This document shows positions 1-12,300 of a stretch of DNA of 64,000 nt, in pieces; within the stretch, counting starts at the first letter, position 1; each line of letters opens with the position of its first letter. The translations under genes were made by a program, and so were the position numbers. Below the pieces are notes generated by a model that saw nothing but the letters and a program-made list of their open reading frames with translations, made no database searches and had not been told where the DNA came from. Source of the DNA: Albugo candida (lineage: Eukaryota); the NCBI GenBank assembly GCA_040437565.1, contig JBDOQK010000019.1, positions 62,001-126,000 on the forward strand, in the 5' to 3' direction.

Positions 1-874
1 GAGCATCGCATCAGTGACTCCAGCTCGGTCGCCCTACTTGACCGTGTACTATTTTTTCCTGGCTCATATTCGTGTGATATTAGGCTGCGTATCTTTTGAT
101 TTAAAGAATCACGTAATCTGCTTAATTTATCGATGGCAATACTTTGCTCTTCTTGGGTACGCTGAAACCAAGCATATTCTCTCTGTGCAAGGGCTTCGAT
201 TTCCGATGCGATCTGCGCTTTCCATTTCAATCCTCGTGAACATGACCGTAGAGAATCCAATAAATACTCAACACTTTGCCAGTGAGAGACACGATATAGT
301 GTATGTAAATGGCAGTGGAGAGGGATACCGTTCACTTCGGCGGGATAATCGACTTGTAAGAAATGGTCGCCTGGGTATATCATTTCCAAGTTCCGTTTCA
401 ATGACTTCACGGTACCATAAAAGGCATGAAAGCAGATTCCTGGTAACCAAAGTTAGCCTTTTCTACCTCTCAACCATCTCGCGCTTTCCTACCTTGGTCA
501 AATAGCGATTCCAGCACTTCCTCGGGATGATACTTGATCACTGACTGAATCTGAAATCTTATCTCGTCTTCTTTATCTACTTGTCTTTCAGATGAGATTT
601 CGTCCTCATCAGGTTCCTTTTGTACTTCTCTGCAAAAGCGTGTGCTATTTACCACTAGGATTGGAAAGTCATCTGGTAACATAGCCGCGCTGTCCTCTTC
701 CCAATCATCATCAGCATTGTCGTCAATGGCCAATTCCTTTTCCAATCGCTGCTTTAGTCTTTCCGCCGAAAATGTCTCAGTGTCGAATGCTTCCCAATCC
801 CCGATCGTATCGTCCTGCACGTCCGAGATATCGGGCGTAGTTATCGGCGCCTTCACCGCCTTCACCGCAGCCAT
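1..874 (-). CDS. Hypothetical protein, multi-exon, 3' end runs off the window edge
   Basis: Likely ATG at 874 (MAAVKAVKAP...), acidic exon, GT-AG introns near 441-492 and 275-328. The last frame (VEYLLDSLRSCSRGLKWK...) stays open to position 1. Confidence 0.6.
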
Positions 875-1134
875 TTTATGTCTATAAGAAGCTGGGACCG
901 AGAACGACAATGACATTCTATCATCCACATGATCTGCTAGCAGTATGACAGTTCTTTTCTTGCAACGTTTACTTGTTATATCACTATCCTTGGCGAACAA
1001 CTTCATGACGAAAGGATGGAATGAGCTATATGACTGGTTAGAATTAATTCTACGAGCAGGAATGCAATAGCCTAACGGTACAACGAAGCGTATCACATCT
1101 TTTATTCATTTATCCTTTGTAAACACACGGTCGA

Positions 1135-3066
1135 TTATTCACAAGCAAGCTTCGAATCGAAGCTACTGAGTGTAATCGCAAAAGCTTGCAACGGACACAA
1201 AGGTGCCCTGAAATCCATAGTAAAAAGATCTTTTCCGACGCGGCCAAACTGAAGCACGACAGTCTCTTGATCTTCTGGAGTGACCAGCTGGAAATTTTTG
1301 ACGGAAGCCATTGTTACTCGGCCGTTGAAATTCAATACATACGCACAAACTTGTTCATTCCATCGTGGAGCCTTATTGATCAAATACGTCAGATTTGTAT
1401 GGTCTTGCTCTTTGCATTTGTTGATCATTTCTTCTTCCTTCGATAGTGGGCGCCATACGACTCGATTGCCATCCTCACGAACCCGAGGAACACATACTTT
1501 CATCTTACGTGGCCCACGATGACCCAGTACGTTGGCTGCATACAAAGCAATACCAAGCTCTTGACGTATAACGGCTGGATTGGAGGTTATCGTATCATCA
1601 TCAGCATTCTTTGGGTTGACTCCATTATCGTAAATCACAAATTCAGTTCCCAGGAAATTGGATCGAAGCTTACCCAAGTAATTTTCAGTGCCCTTACGGG
1701 AGAAGTCTCCACGTTGCATGGAAATCAGATAATTGCTGGTGCGATTATTTGGTCGCTTTTTGGCCGTCAAAAGGAATCGATCGCCTTCTTTCATGTACAG
1801 GCAATATTCTGGGAACATTTTGCTCGCGCCTGATTTGTTACGTTCGATATAACACTCGACAATGTCGTAGGCGTTTGAAAGTGGACGCAAGAGAAAGGAT
1901 TTCATGTCTGTGATATCAACTTTGGCTTTGACTACCGCGCTACGAGACTTGGAGCTGGACGAATCATGCTTATCGCTAGCATTCTTTATTTGAACATCAT
2001 TCTGTGAAGACTCGGATTCTTCGGAAGCACTTCGTGAGGGTGATTTGGACTTGGATCTGGAACGGGAAGGGTTCCGTAGCTTTGAATGACGTGCTGAAGA
2101 ACGACGTGTCTCGATATCCAAATTGTCTCCATTGCGTCGATTCCGATCATGATGTTTATCATTGCGCTCACTTGAGTGTTCGTGTCGGTGATCAGGACGA
2201 TCAGGATCATTGCGTTGGCGGGGATCGTGACGATCGTGATCTCGGTCACTCCGGTTGGATCTCCCGCGAGGCTCCTTACCGTATTCGCGATCCCGGGCAC
2301 GTTCACCTCGACTACGATTTGGCCTGCGAGAATGATCCCGATCAAAGTCACTATCGTCCCGTTGCCTCTCCTTTCCAGAACCACGATACCGGTCTCGCTC
2401 ACGATTTGTGTCACGTTCTCTACTATTCCGGTCTCGGTCCCGATCTCGGTCTCGAGATTGTTCCCGTTCGTCCTCAGTATGTCGCTTTTGTTCTTTAGTA
2501 CGGTTCGTTCTCACACTCTTAGCTTGATCGTCTCCGTCGCGCGAGCCTTGACGCTCACCACCTCGAAAAGCGCTCATTGGCCGAGCATCCTCGTCGTCGT
2601 CATCCAACTCGCGTCCAAAACGACTGACATCAAGAAGTGAGATTTTGGTTCAGATAAAGGCTTAAAAAGAAGCAGTACGAGGGCTTATCATCAACGTCCA
2701 AGTCGCGAGGAGTGGAGAATTGTCGAGGAAGAGATGTGCGTACAACGCCTAAATGTCTTATGAGTATGCGCATGTAAAGTCTTATACTCAAACAATACCT
2801 CCCTTGGCGCGGTCCTGTATCTTTTTCTTCTGAGCTTCTCGCTGCTGCTGAATCACCGTATTCCTTGTTCCCACACTAGTCCCAAGTTCATCCAAGCTCT
2901 CCACATCAAGATCCTCATTTTCTTGCAGTGCGTTTGGATGCAATGTCAGAGAGCTGCGTCTGGTTTCAACACGAAGTGCCTCGACACCCGCTGTTATTTC
3001 ATCACGATTATTTCTCTTTTGAGAGCGCTGTGGTTCGTCAAAAACAGAGGAGTCATTCATGAACAT
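1135..3066 (-). CDS. Tubby-like protein (C-terminal Tub domain, R/D-rich low-complexity N-terminal region), multi-exon
   Basis: YLGKLRSNFLGTEF, PRWNEQVCAYVLNFNGRVTMASVKNFQL and terminal FDSKLACE are Tub hallmarks. Upstream exons (about 2797-3066 and 2680-2748) join through GT-AG introns; the start is approximate. Confidence 0.92.
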
Positions 3067-3247
3067 TTCAACTCTATTTTCCAATTTCTCTCTCCAGCTA
3101 AGAATCAATATTAGCGACCCTACTCATCCAAAGGCGCATCGATACTCTGGTGGCCTTATGACCCTTGCGAGTTTCGTAACGGCTTGACACCGGTTATTTA
3201 CCGGGACGTTCGATATCGGCCAAATCATAAAAATCGTGATTTTCTCC

Positions 3248-5260
3248 ATGGAACGGGAGAATGAAATAGTCAGCGACATCCATCGAGATTCGAGAAAGGG
3301 ACGATCAACAACTCCAAATAATTCAACGAATATGGACAGACGAAAGACGTTTTTCTCTCAGTTGAATACACAAACTAACAAAAAGGCACACGCTGTGCGT
3401 AATACTAGAAAACCTAAGAAGGAAACTTTAGAGAGTAAAGCTGCTGCCTTAAAAATCAAAATCGAACGCGTCAATGAGAAAGAACTAGAAGCCCGATTGC
3501 ACGACTTACTTCTGAGCAAACAATGGGAGCAAACTGTCGTTTTCCTTCTTGCAAGTTCGATTTTGTATCAGAAATATAAAATATCAGATGTAATTCGTCA
3601 TGTTATCGAGCAGAAGAATTTTTTGGATTCAATGAAGCTCATACACGATCTAAAAGCAATATCCCATCCAGTAGATCAACTTTGTGTGTCGCTGTTAATC
3701 AAAAAATTAGTCGAGGAAGAAGATTTCGTCACAGCTGTGGAATTTGCTCAAGAAATGATACCCAACTTTGGCGCAAAATCAGTTGATGGGAAAATAAGTC
3801 ATGAGAAAAATGGTGTGATCAGCTGGACTCCAAAGACCCTCATTCAAGCGATGATCCGAGTAAAACAATATCGTAAAGCTGCAAGATTTAGCAAGCAACT
3901 TGGAATGGATCAGGTATTCCCATGCTCACAATTGATAATCTCTATGATGGAAGCACAACAGTGGGAAAATGCCGTGACCACCATTTTTGAAAATCGAACA
4001 GTAGCAGAATCAGGTGTAACGGAGGCACTCATTCGCAAACTGATCGAGTACCATCAATGGAATTTGGCGCTGAAATGCATTTGTAAAGTGCGTTTTAAGA
4101 CACTAGCAGATGAGCTGACAGCATTATTAGTTTGTGGGGCGTGTACACAGGGCGACTTTGTATTCGTGATGTCATATATTCGAGATAACAAATTGTCATC
4201 GATCAAGAAACAAGATGCGACGCTGCTAGAGTGTTTCATGGAGTCGCTCCTGAAGCATCAAGAATTTTATAAAGCTATCAAATACGCTATCAAACTCGAC
4301 CTGATTGACTCGGGTCACATTTCTGAAGATAAAGGCAAAATGAATGGCAAGAAGTACTCTATGGATAGACTACTACGTGCAACAATGGATTGCGGTCAGT
4401 ATCACGTGGCTAAAAGGTATATAAAGAAACTAGGTCTAGTGGACTCGTATCGCACAGAATTGGATGAAATGGAGCATTTGAAAAAAGAGGCGCTTCTCGA
4501 ATTTCGTAAATTGATGAGCATGCGAGTGGAAGTGGTTATGAGTGAACCGATGCGAAGTAAATGGGAAGATTTGGTGGGTGAGAAAGAATTCAATGACATA
4601 GAATCGAAGATTGTAGATATTGTCATCATGCAGGAAAATGAAACCTTTTGTGATGACGGAAAGATGAAAGGCGATCGTTCTTGTTTTCTGAAAAACTCTG
4701 TGATCAGCAATACTGATCCAAACAAGATCTCGATGACCATCGGAGACGATTACGAAAAGGATGACTTCAAATGTCTTGAAAACAACATAGACTCAATGGT
4801 TTTATCTCTTCCATCTCAGCAGACGTTAGAGAAAGCTGAACCAACGAATATTAACAATGAAAATAATGGATCACTCCAGGCACTATCAGCCAAGAGCATG
4901 GCAGTAGCACCTCCCAATTCGTCGTGGAGACCACCACTGCCAAGCGATCACGAGGTACATAAGGCAGCTGCACCTGCTCCTACACTGGATGTTGCAGCAT
5001 TAGCCATGCAATTTCATCAGCCCGATCCACAGCAATCACGAGGGCATAAATCACACTCGTACTCAATTCCTGTAGTCAATAATTTTCACCCAGCTTCTCA
5101 GCAATCACCTCCGATGTTCACACCATATGGTCGACCGCTTCCGCCTTTTCTAGTACCAGCCTCAGCTTCTCAACCGCCTCGATTCACTTTCAAGCCATCC
5201 ATGCCATATACTCATTGCAAGACCATTTCCCGCTCCAAGCCTAGCGCTCCGAAATCCTGA
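3248..5260 (+). CDS. Hypothetical alpha-helical repeat protein with a Pro-rich C-terminal tail
   Basis: Long intronless ORF (first ATG 3248) with about 8 degenerate repeats of the form LIxxMIxxxQYxxAxxFxxxLxL. Confidence 0.75.
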   Translation: MERENEIVSDIHRDSRKGRSTTPNNSTNMDRRKTFFSQLNTQTNKKAHAVRNTRKPKKETLESKAAALKIKIERVNEKELEARLHDLLLSKQWEQTVVFLLASSILYQKYKISDVIRHVIEQKNFLDSMKLIHDLKAISHPVDQLCVSLLIKKLVEEEDFVTAVEFAQEMIPNFGAKSVDGKISHEKNGVISWTPKTLIQAMIRVKQYRKAARFSKQLGMDQVFPCSQLIISMMEAQQWENAVTTIFENRTVAESGVTEALIRKLIEYHQWNLALKCICKVRFKTLADELTALLVCGACTQGDFVFVMSYIRDNKLSSIKKQDATLLECFMESLLKHQEFYKAIKYAIKLDLIDSGHISEDKGKMNGKKYSMDRLLRATMDCGQYHVAKRYIKKLGLVDSYRTELDEMEHLKKEALLEFRKLMSMRVEVVMSEPMRSKWEDLVGEKEFNDIESKIVDIVIMQENETFCDDGKMKGDRSCFLKNSVISNTDPNKISMTIGDDYEKDDFKCLENNIDSMVLSLPSQQTLEKAEPTNINNENNGSLQALSAKSMAVAPPNSSWRPPLPSDHEVHKAAAPAPTLDVAALAMQFHQPDPQQSRGHKSHSYSIPVVNNFHPASQQSPPMFTPYGRPLPPFLVPASASQPPRFTFKPSMPYTHCKTISRSKPSAPKS

Positions 5261-6021
5261 TAGTCAGATTTTTAAATGCTTGACTCAAAACAGCTTCCTT
5301 GCTCTCATTGGTTCTGATATGCGTCCCGCTTCTGTGCGTACATGGCGTCGTCATATTTGAAAGTACGGAATTCAGCAGCTTTAGCATCTTAGTCCAACTA
5401 CTCCGGTACCATCGCAATAGCACCTCGAAATCTTAGTTTAATTTGAGCTTTACTCCATAAGCGTTGAGGATTTATTCGCCTGCTTATCGTTGATCGGTGC
5501 AAGTTGGAGATTTACGAAAACCAGAGTATGGAGAATCGCTTGAAATTGGTACATGAACTATCGTCAGATATGCAATGTGATTCGATTTCGACTAAATAAG
5601 TTTCTATCGTTGTCGTCAGAGGTTGGCTGAGCAAATCAACACATATGCTTCGATCTACTGCGATGTAAGTATTTCGTGAGGAATGGAGGTCACAAAGTGA
5701 TGTTCTTGTGATTTACTTTGGCGCTGTCTATTCGGCTATTTTAGTACGGAAGCATCGATCATAGCTGCGGCGGTATAGTATACACCTTTGGCTTGTATTC
5801 AGCACACTATTCCATAAATTACATTAATGCGCCCTTTTGTTCGTGAGCTTCAAACGTACTCTCTTCCACCTCTCTCCTCGGCTTTGCGTTGTGTAGCGAT
5901 CTTAGCAAACTTGCATTCATAGAGAGCATTTGAGTGGTAAATTTTCTCTTTCCACCATAGCTGGAATTTTATAACTCGTGCTCTTCATTCTGGCAATTCT
6001 TATGATAGAATAAATTTAAGC

Positions 6022-7439
6022 ATGTCATCTCTGAGCAGCCTAATTAAGCGCCACAAAAGCCCCGAGCAGCTCGTAAGGCTCTTGAAGGAAGCGCTATCCG
6101 ATCCTTTTATTGCCTCTAATGAACCGGTCACTCTTTTTCTTTGAAATTCATCCAAGCGTGCTCACATTCTTCATCGCTGTAGCAAGAAGAAGCTATAACG
6201 AAGCGTTTGAGTCAGATAAAAATGCTTCTTTATGGCGACGTATGTAAATCTGTGCTCCATATAGCCCATTAGTGACTGAATTTGATGTCTGAAGGAAAAT
6301 TCAGACGCAAAGCCTGAAAAATGTGCATCTCTTTCGGTCTTGCTGATCAATCAGAACTTGATCCCACAAATCATCACGAAACTGCACACAGTTCCTTTTG
6401 AAGTATAGAAGCTCATCGTAAATTTGTTTCAGATATATTTGGTTTACGGGTTGCATGACAGGCACGCAAGCATTTTGCTCAGATTTATAATAATCTCATT
6501 CGCCGCGATTTGGCTGGCTTCGTGATGTATGTTGAGCGCGATCCATTCATAATGCATGCACTGGTGATGGGATACGAGAATCCAGATATAGCTCTCAACT
6601 GTGGATCAATGATGCGCGAGGTGCGTCTGATGTTTCTATGAGAGGTTTGGATTTCTCAAGCTCAAATGTAGTCTGTTCGCCATGAAACACTGGCTCGTAA
6701 CATTTTGTACTCTGAGGATCTCTGGAAGGTGCCTTCTTCCGTTATTATACAAAAAGCTTGAAGATGCTGACTTGTATACCACCTTTTAGTTTTTCGATTA
6801 TTACGTCCATTATCCAAACTTTGAGGTGGCCTCCGATGCTTTTGCTACGCTGAAAGATCTATTCACTCGGCACAAGGAACTTGCATCTCAATTCTTCACG
6901 GCTCATTATGACCAAGTTTTTGGCAAATATGACCGATTATTGATCTCGGAGAATTACGTCACTCGACGACAATCGCTGAAGCTTCTCGGCGAGATTCTTT
7001 TGGATCGGTCAAATTTCGACGTGATGATGAAGTATATTGGGTATGTCATAAGCGTTTCTCAATGATATACTCATCAAATTGCTTCCTTATCGACTTTAGT
7101 GAGAAGGAGCATCTCAAACTAATGATGAATTTGTTGCGGGATACCAGTGCCAATATACAATTTGAAGCTTTTCATGTGTTCAAAGTATTTGTTGCAAATC
7201 CAAAAAAGCCCGACACGATCGCACAAATTCTGAGCAACAATCGTGATAAACTGATTGCATACCTTCGAAACTTTCAGAATGCGAAAGGTACATTACGATG
7301 CAACTCGCCTTGAAGGAATCTATTTGACACTTGATTATATGTAGAGGATCCTCAATTTGTAGAAGAAAAAGCTTTGCTTATTAGAACATTAGAAGCATTG
7401 GATAAAGTCACACAGCCACTTGCTGCAAGCGACGAGTAA
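6022..7439 (+). CDS. CAB39: MO25/CAB39 calcium-binding protein 39 homolog, multi-exon
   Basis: [36 protein letters not shown] and [21 protein letters not shown] 6022, many short GT-AG introns, stop at 7439. Confidence 0.93.
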
Positions 7440-7726
7440 AACCCAAATCGTACGGGGAATCAATGTAGAAAATAGTGGCGTTGTCGACTTTTTGATCATT
7501 TTTGGCATTGGTAGCGTAAAGAACTGCGGACAAAAACATTTTTACTCTCCCTTGGGTGCATTCGAATTCGCACATCCTTGAATTGCAATACAGACTTCCC
7601 GACAACGAAATCAAAGCTGCTTCTTCCTACATCCTACTGAGCTGATATATAGCACTTGATCACTGTCACGCTTCTATGCGCGGATTGCATGCGCGCTATC
7701 ACTGAAATCAAGGTACAGAAATCTTA

Positions 7727-9300
7727 TTAAATGATGATATCTATCATGTTCGGACGGAGGGACACTGGAACGTTCTTTATCGTTGCTAATGCCATATAAG
7801 GCACCAAACGCTCTCCAAACGCTTCATACAAAATCGAAACAGTCGTATCGAAACTACACACAGCAGCTTCGTCATTTCCATTAACTGTCTCCATTTGAGA
7901 GTCAAAGTACATTCCAGATGCGTGCTACAGAAAAAAAACAGCGTCAATGCCGCTATATGAGCAAATAATGCCCGTACCACAAGAGTTCCCAAACAATTCT
8001 GAGCTTCTAATCGCTGTATAAGATCAGGATTGGAGGAGTTCAATGCTGGCTCCAGACGCTTATAATACATTGGAAGATTCGGAAATAGTAATTTCTCCAT
8101 CACAAGTGGTCCGAGGTACATCAGCCCTGCACATAAACATTAGTTTTCAAAATATACGCTGCTTGTTAGAGTAAAAAACCATTGATAGCGCCATACTGCG
8201 TGCTGAACGGACAATGTGGATCGGAAATGGCTAGATGGTATGTTTTCGAGACTCGAGCTTGCAATTTTGCGTACGTTTCTCCATACTTTTTGCATATAGT
8301 AGCAATCAACTGTGCGGCATGATCTCGAAGAGCCCAGTGATTTTCTGCCGCGTTTTCACATAATTGATGTCCAAGTACGCACGACAATAGAGCTGGTAGT
8401 AATTGATGCAACTAAATGCACAATCACCATCGTTACAAACCCCATGAAATGGCCTATTTGGGAGCCACCACTTACATAGAGCTCTATGCGAAGATGAGGA
8501 TTTACAAGTAGACATCGACAAACTCGCATCAGGGACACAAGAATTGCCAAGTCTCGGTTGCTGTTTTTCACCTAACACAGAGAGAATTGTAATTGACCAG
8601 GATAAAGGCTCAAGGAACAAACCGATTTTACCTCTTGGTACACGAATCGGGACACATAAGGCAGCAATTGACGCATTCCAGGATCCTGTGAAATGCTGTG
8701 AAATGCTGCTCTCTGAAGTTCCAAATCTGTCTGTTGCTTGATCGCCTCGGTCAATTTGGAATAAAAAACTTGCATTTCTTCTGTCAAAACATGCTTGACT
8801 AAAGGTTTTCGGTCAGTTTGCTGATCCTCGTTCTGCATGGAAGTAAAATCCGAATCTTTGCTGCTATGACTGCACTCATTTTCAGGGATCTGTGGTTGCA
8901 CCCCATCGATGGCTAGCCAATGCAATCGAACACAGGGTTCTATCGGAATCGGTGGAAATACTGCCTCTAGAAGCTCCTGCACGTTCCATTCTTGCTCGTT
9001 ATAAAAGTATAAACTAGATTGTTCTTTACAAGCTTTCAACGGGATGATAGCATGATCTAGACTACATGACTGAAATCCATACAAAGGCTCCAAATGACGA
9101 GCTTGGAGTGCTTGATTGATATCACGTGTGCTTAATTTGCGACGTTTTGCGTGATTACGAAATTTAATTGCATCTTGAATGATCTCACGAACTCGAACTT
9201 CGACTTCAGGAAGTAAGTCGTCCATGGATTCCTCGCTCAAGTCATCGAATCCGAGACTCTGAGCGATCACCTGAATCATTTCTTGTCGTAATACGCTCAT
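7727..9300 (-). CDS. TAF6: TFIID subunit 6, multi-exon
   Basis: N-terminal histone fold (IIQDAIKFRNHAKRRKLSTRDINQAL), HWLAIDGVQPQIPEN, and C-terminal HEAT region (LLVNPHLRIELY, NHWALRDHAA). Confidence 0.93.
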
Positions 9301-9338
9301 TAGCTTATGGCTCTATTTAATGATATATTAACATTATT

Positions 9339-12300
9339 CTAGGGCACTTGGTTATTCATTCGGCCGAACATACGCTTAAGCCGCTCACTTGTTTGATTAT
9401 CTAGACCGATATATCTTTCCGGGATGCCTGTTGTGGATGGGCGCCTTCGTGGTACATTTGGTCGTTTGAAAATGTCTAAATTACCTGTGCGTCTCTGCGG
9501 TTGCTTGATGTTTTGTTTCGAGTTGCTCGCATTCATACGATTCGGCGGAATTCGCATTGCAGAGGTCCCGAAAGGATTTTTTCGCGCACATTTTGGTGTT
9601 TCTAGGACGTAGAGCGCAGCCATCATATGGCTGGGATGATAGAGACTGTACTCATCGAAGCACTGCGTGCTCTTTCCTCGTTCTTTCGAGATACGGTTGT
9701 TGCTTCGCGATGGAAAGTTTTTTGTCGCTTCGCATTGGGACCTCTCCGTGTCACGCAATTTTCCGTCACAAGCGTCTTCCACATGAAGGGTGGTTGAAGC
9801 TGTTGTGTACTCGTTAGACAACTTGCCTACGTCTGATTTGGCTGACGATTCTAAGCACTCCATCGAAAGCTCAAATGCTACTGCACTATTTGGCTGCTTC
9901 ACAGCTTTCTGACGAACTGATGGATTTTCTCCACGTGAATTTTCCGTGATTTCGACAGACTCTAGTTTCCTATTCGATTGGGCCACTGTCGTTGAGATCG
10001 AGAGTTTCCTTGCTGATCGTGTTTTCGTGCTCAATACTGGGCAACAAATATCATCATCTAACCTCAAGTCGATTCCAAAGGGATCCTCAAGTACCCAGCT
10101 CGGCTCTAGATCGTTCCAGGCAATCCTTATTTCGTCCACTTTTTCTCTCTTATCCTCAGATCTTTCCGTCTCATTTGCCGAGCTGTTAGCTCGTATGAAT
10201 TCGGGAAGCTCATTTCCTGCTTTGATGAATGTATCCACCGCATCATCGAATGCATGTCGTAGTCGATCAATTTTGGAGTGAAATAGCTGCAATGAGAGAC
10301 AAATAGCACTGTCATTCTGTATCGTTCCCTTCGATTCGCGGTCATTTCTGTTCGGTGATTCAATTAAAAACCATTCTGTTATCTGATTTTGGTGCAAAAA
10401 CGCAAAAAGAGAGATCCAAACTTCACCAATGACCTTCTCCTGCGTTACTTCACAATCGTGTAGAATGCACACGTGCAAAAAGCTTTGCAAGTCGTCAGGA
10501 ACTGCAATGTCAAAAGCCTCATCCCACACGGGAGAACTGCTTCTCTTCATCGAGCTTTGATACTCGATCTTATTGGAATCATCAGCCGCAGCCTTAAGCT
10601 TCCGCCTTGCGATATCGAACACGTCAGCAATCTCAACAGTAACGCGAGTATCGCCATTCTTCGCTTCAAAATGATTTAGTGGAAGGTTTCGCGCGCTCTT
10701 GAGATGTATTTTCAAATGTGCCCCACTTGAGTCTGCGTCAGAACAACTGGTTGGATCGACACTTTCTGCATTCTGTAGCGTTTGTAACCATTTCACAAAG
10801 CGGTGAATTCGGTGGACATCCCCGCAACGGTAATGATGGTTGTAGCCCGAGTTGACTATATACCGATACTTGGCTTCGTACTCTGTGTGTTCTTTGAGAT
10901 TACAGTCCGTTTCTTCGCCGGCAGATGGAGAGGATCGTTTGGCTTGAGGTTCTGAAAAGGTAGCGTCAACAGGGGAGTCGTTGGGCTCCTCTACAAAAGC
11001 ACACGCAGGTCGATCAGTTGAGAGATGAGTTGTTCTAGTAGAAGAAGATGAATTCCCCCAACTCGCCCTTCTTTCGCAATTATTCATCGTCTGGAAGTGA
11101 GGTATGACTTTGGTTTCTGGCGCCAAGGTCCATTTCGGTCGAAAGTCATTCTGTACCCACTGTGAGATCTCAAACTTGATTTCATCTAGTATATCGTTGG
11201 TGATGTGATGCTTTAAACTGTTTTTCAATGCTAAAAAGTCTGGGCTTTTCAGTAATTTTCTTCCATCCATTTCGATCGTATCTCTGCTTCTTAGTAGACC
11301 TATCTCTTGTTCATCCCACTTTATGCAAGGTATTGCTTCCCCATGAGGATCAAAACTGCTTTCCTTCGCCAGCAAACTTGCCCTAAAAATTGCTTTGTTT
11401 GCTTCAGCGAGAAGTGCTGTGCCGTACCGATCGCCAATTGTTGATGATACCGAGCGACAATATGTCTCAGGGAAGCATTCGACTTGTCCTTTCATTACAA
11501 TACGATGATCAGACTGCAGATCCAAGGCCTTGGCGACATTCGACTCTTTAAAATAGCGTTTGTTAGAAAACCGCTCTTGCACCTCTTCCATTTCTCTAGG
11601 CTTCTCTGATGGGTTAACTAATGATTCTTGTGATACCATATCCTTCTGCAAATGCTCGCATCCCGTCGGCCCATCATTTGTGTCATACATTTCAGCCGAG
11701 ACATCGTCGATTTTGGTATTTACTTTGCAGACCTCGGCATCAAACGGAATGCAAGCACTCTTTTCCCTCTCCTTTTCTGAGGCTGAGCGTGCTTGTACTG
11801 TTTCTAGCCCCGCCACAGACGAATTTGATAAGCTCTCCTCATTTTCTTCCTCTAGGATACTATTCTGGGATCCACGAAGACTCCAATTTATATCTGAGAC
11901 GTTTTCCTCGGGTGAATAGGAATACACTTTGCCGTTTGGTTTAACGACAGAATTATTGCTCTTTTCTTGGTCAATTTCAACATCTTCCTTTTGTTCTTCA
12001 CTCTGTAGCAATGATGTCATTCCTGGAGAGTTGTGATCCATCTTAAGCACTGAAAATGAAGTCTGGGCATCAGCTGCCTCCATACTCTCCACGGTATTTT
12101 TTTCATTCTGTATCTCGTTTTTCTTGAGAGTGATAAATTCCATCTCAAGGTCTGTAGCACGCGAACCTGCATGCTTTTGGCTTTGTTGTTTCTCAATATC
12201 TCTTACTGACAATTTTCTTTTCGTAGTAAGTCGAAGCAGATTGAATCCTCCAACTTGGAAAGAGTAAGATGGAACACTGGTTCCCGCAAACGAAAAAGGT

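Noticed and set aside
14-505. 163-aa plus-strand ORF and the many other antisense or shadow ORFs in the track
   Set aside because: They overlap better-supported genes on the opposite strand or in another frame and lack motifs.
2100-2470. Repetitive gatc/cga-rich tract as a possible repeat array or CRISPR
   Set aside because: It encodes the R/D-rich low-complexity region of the Tubby protein, with no constant repeat-spacer structure.
5984-6000. Oomycete INR/FPR-like core promoter (ttcattctggcaattc) before MO25
   Set aside because: Plausible position, but the spacing is one base off the consensus I recall, so it is too weak to call without TSS data.
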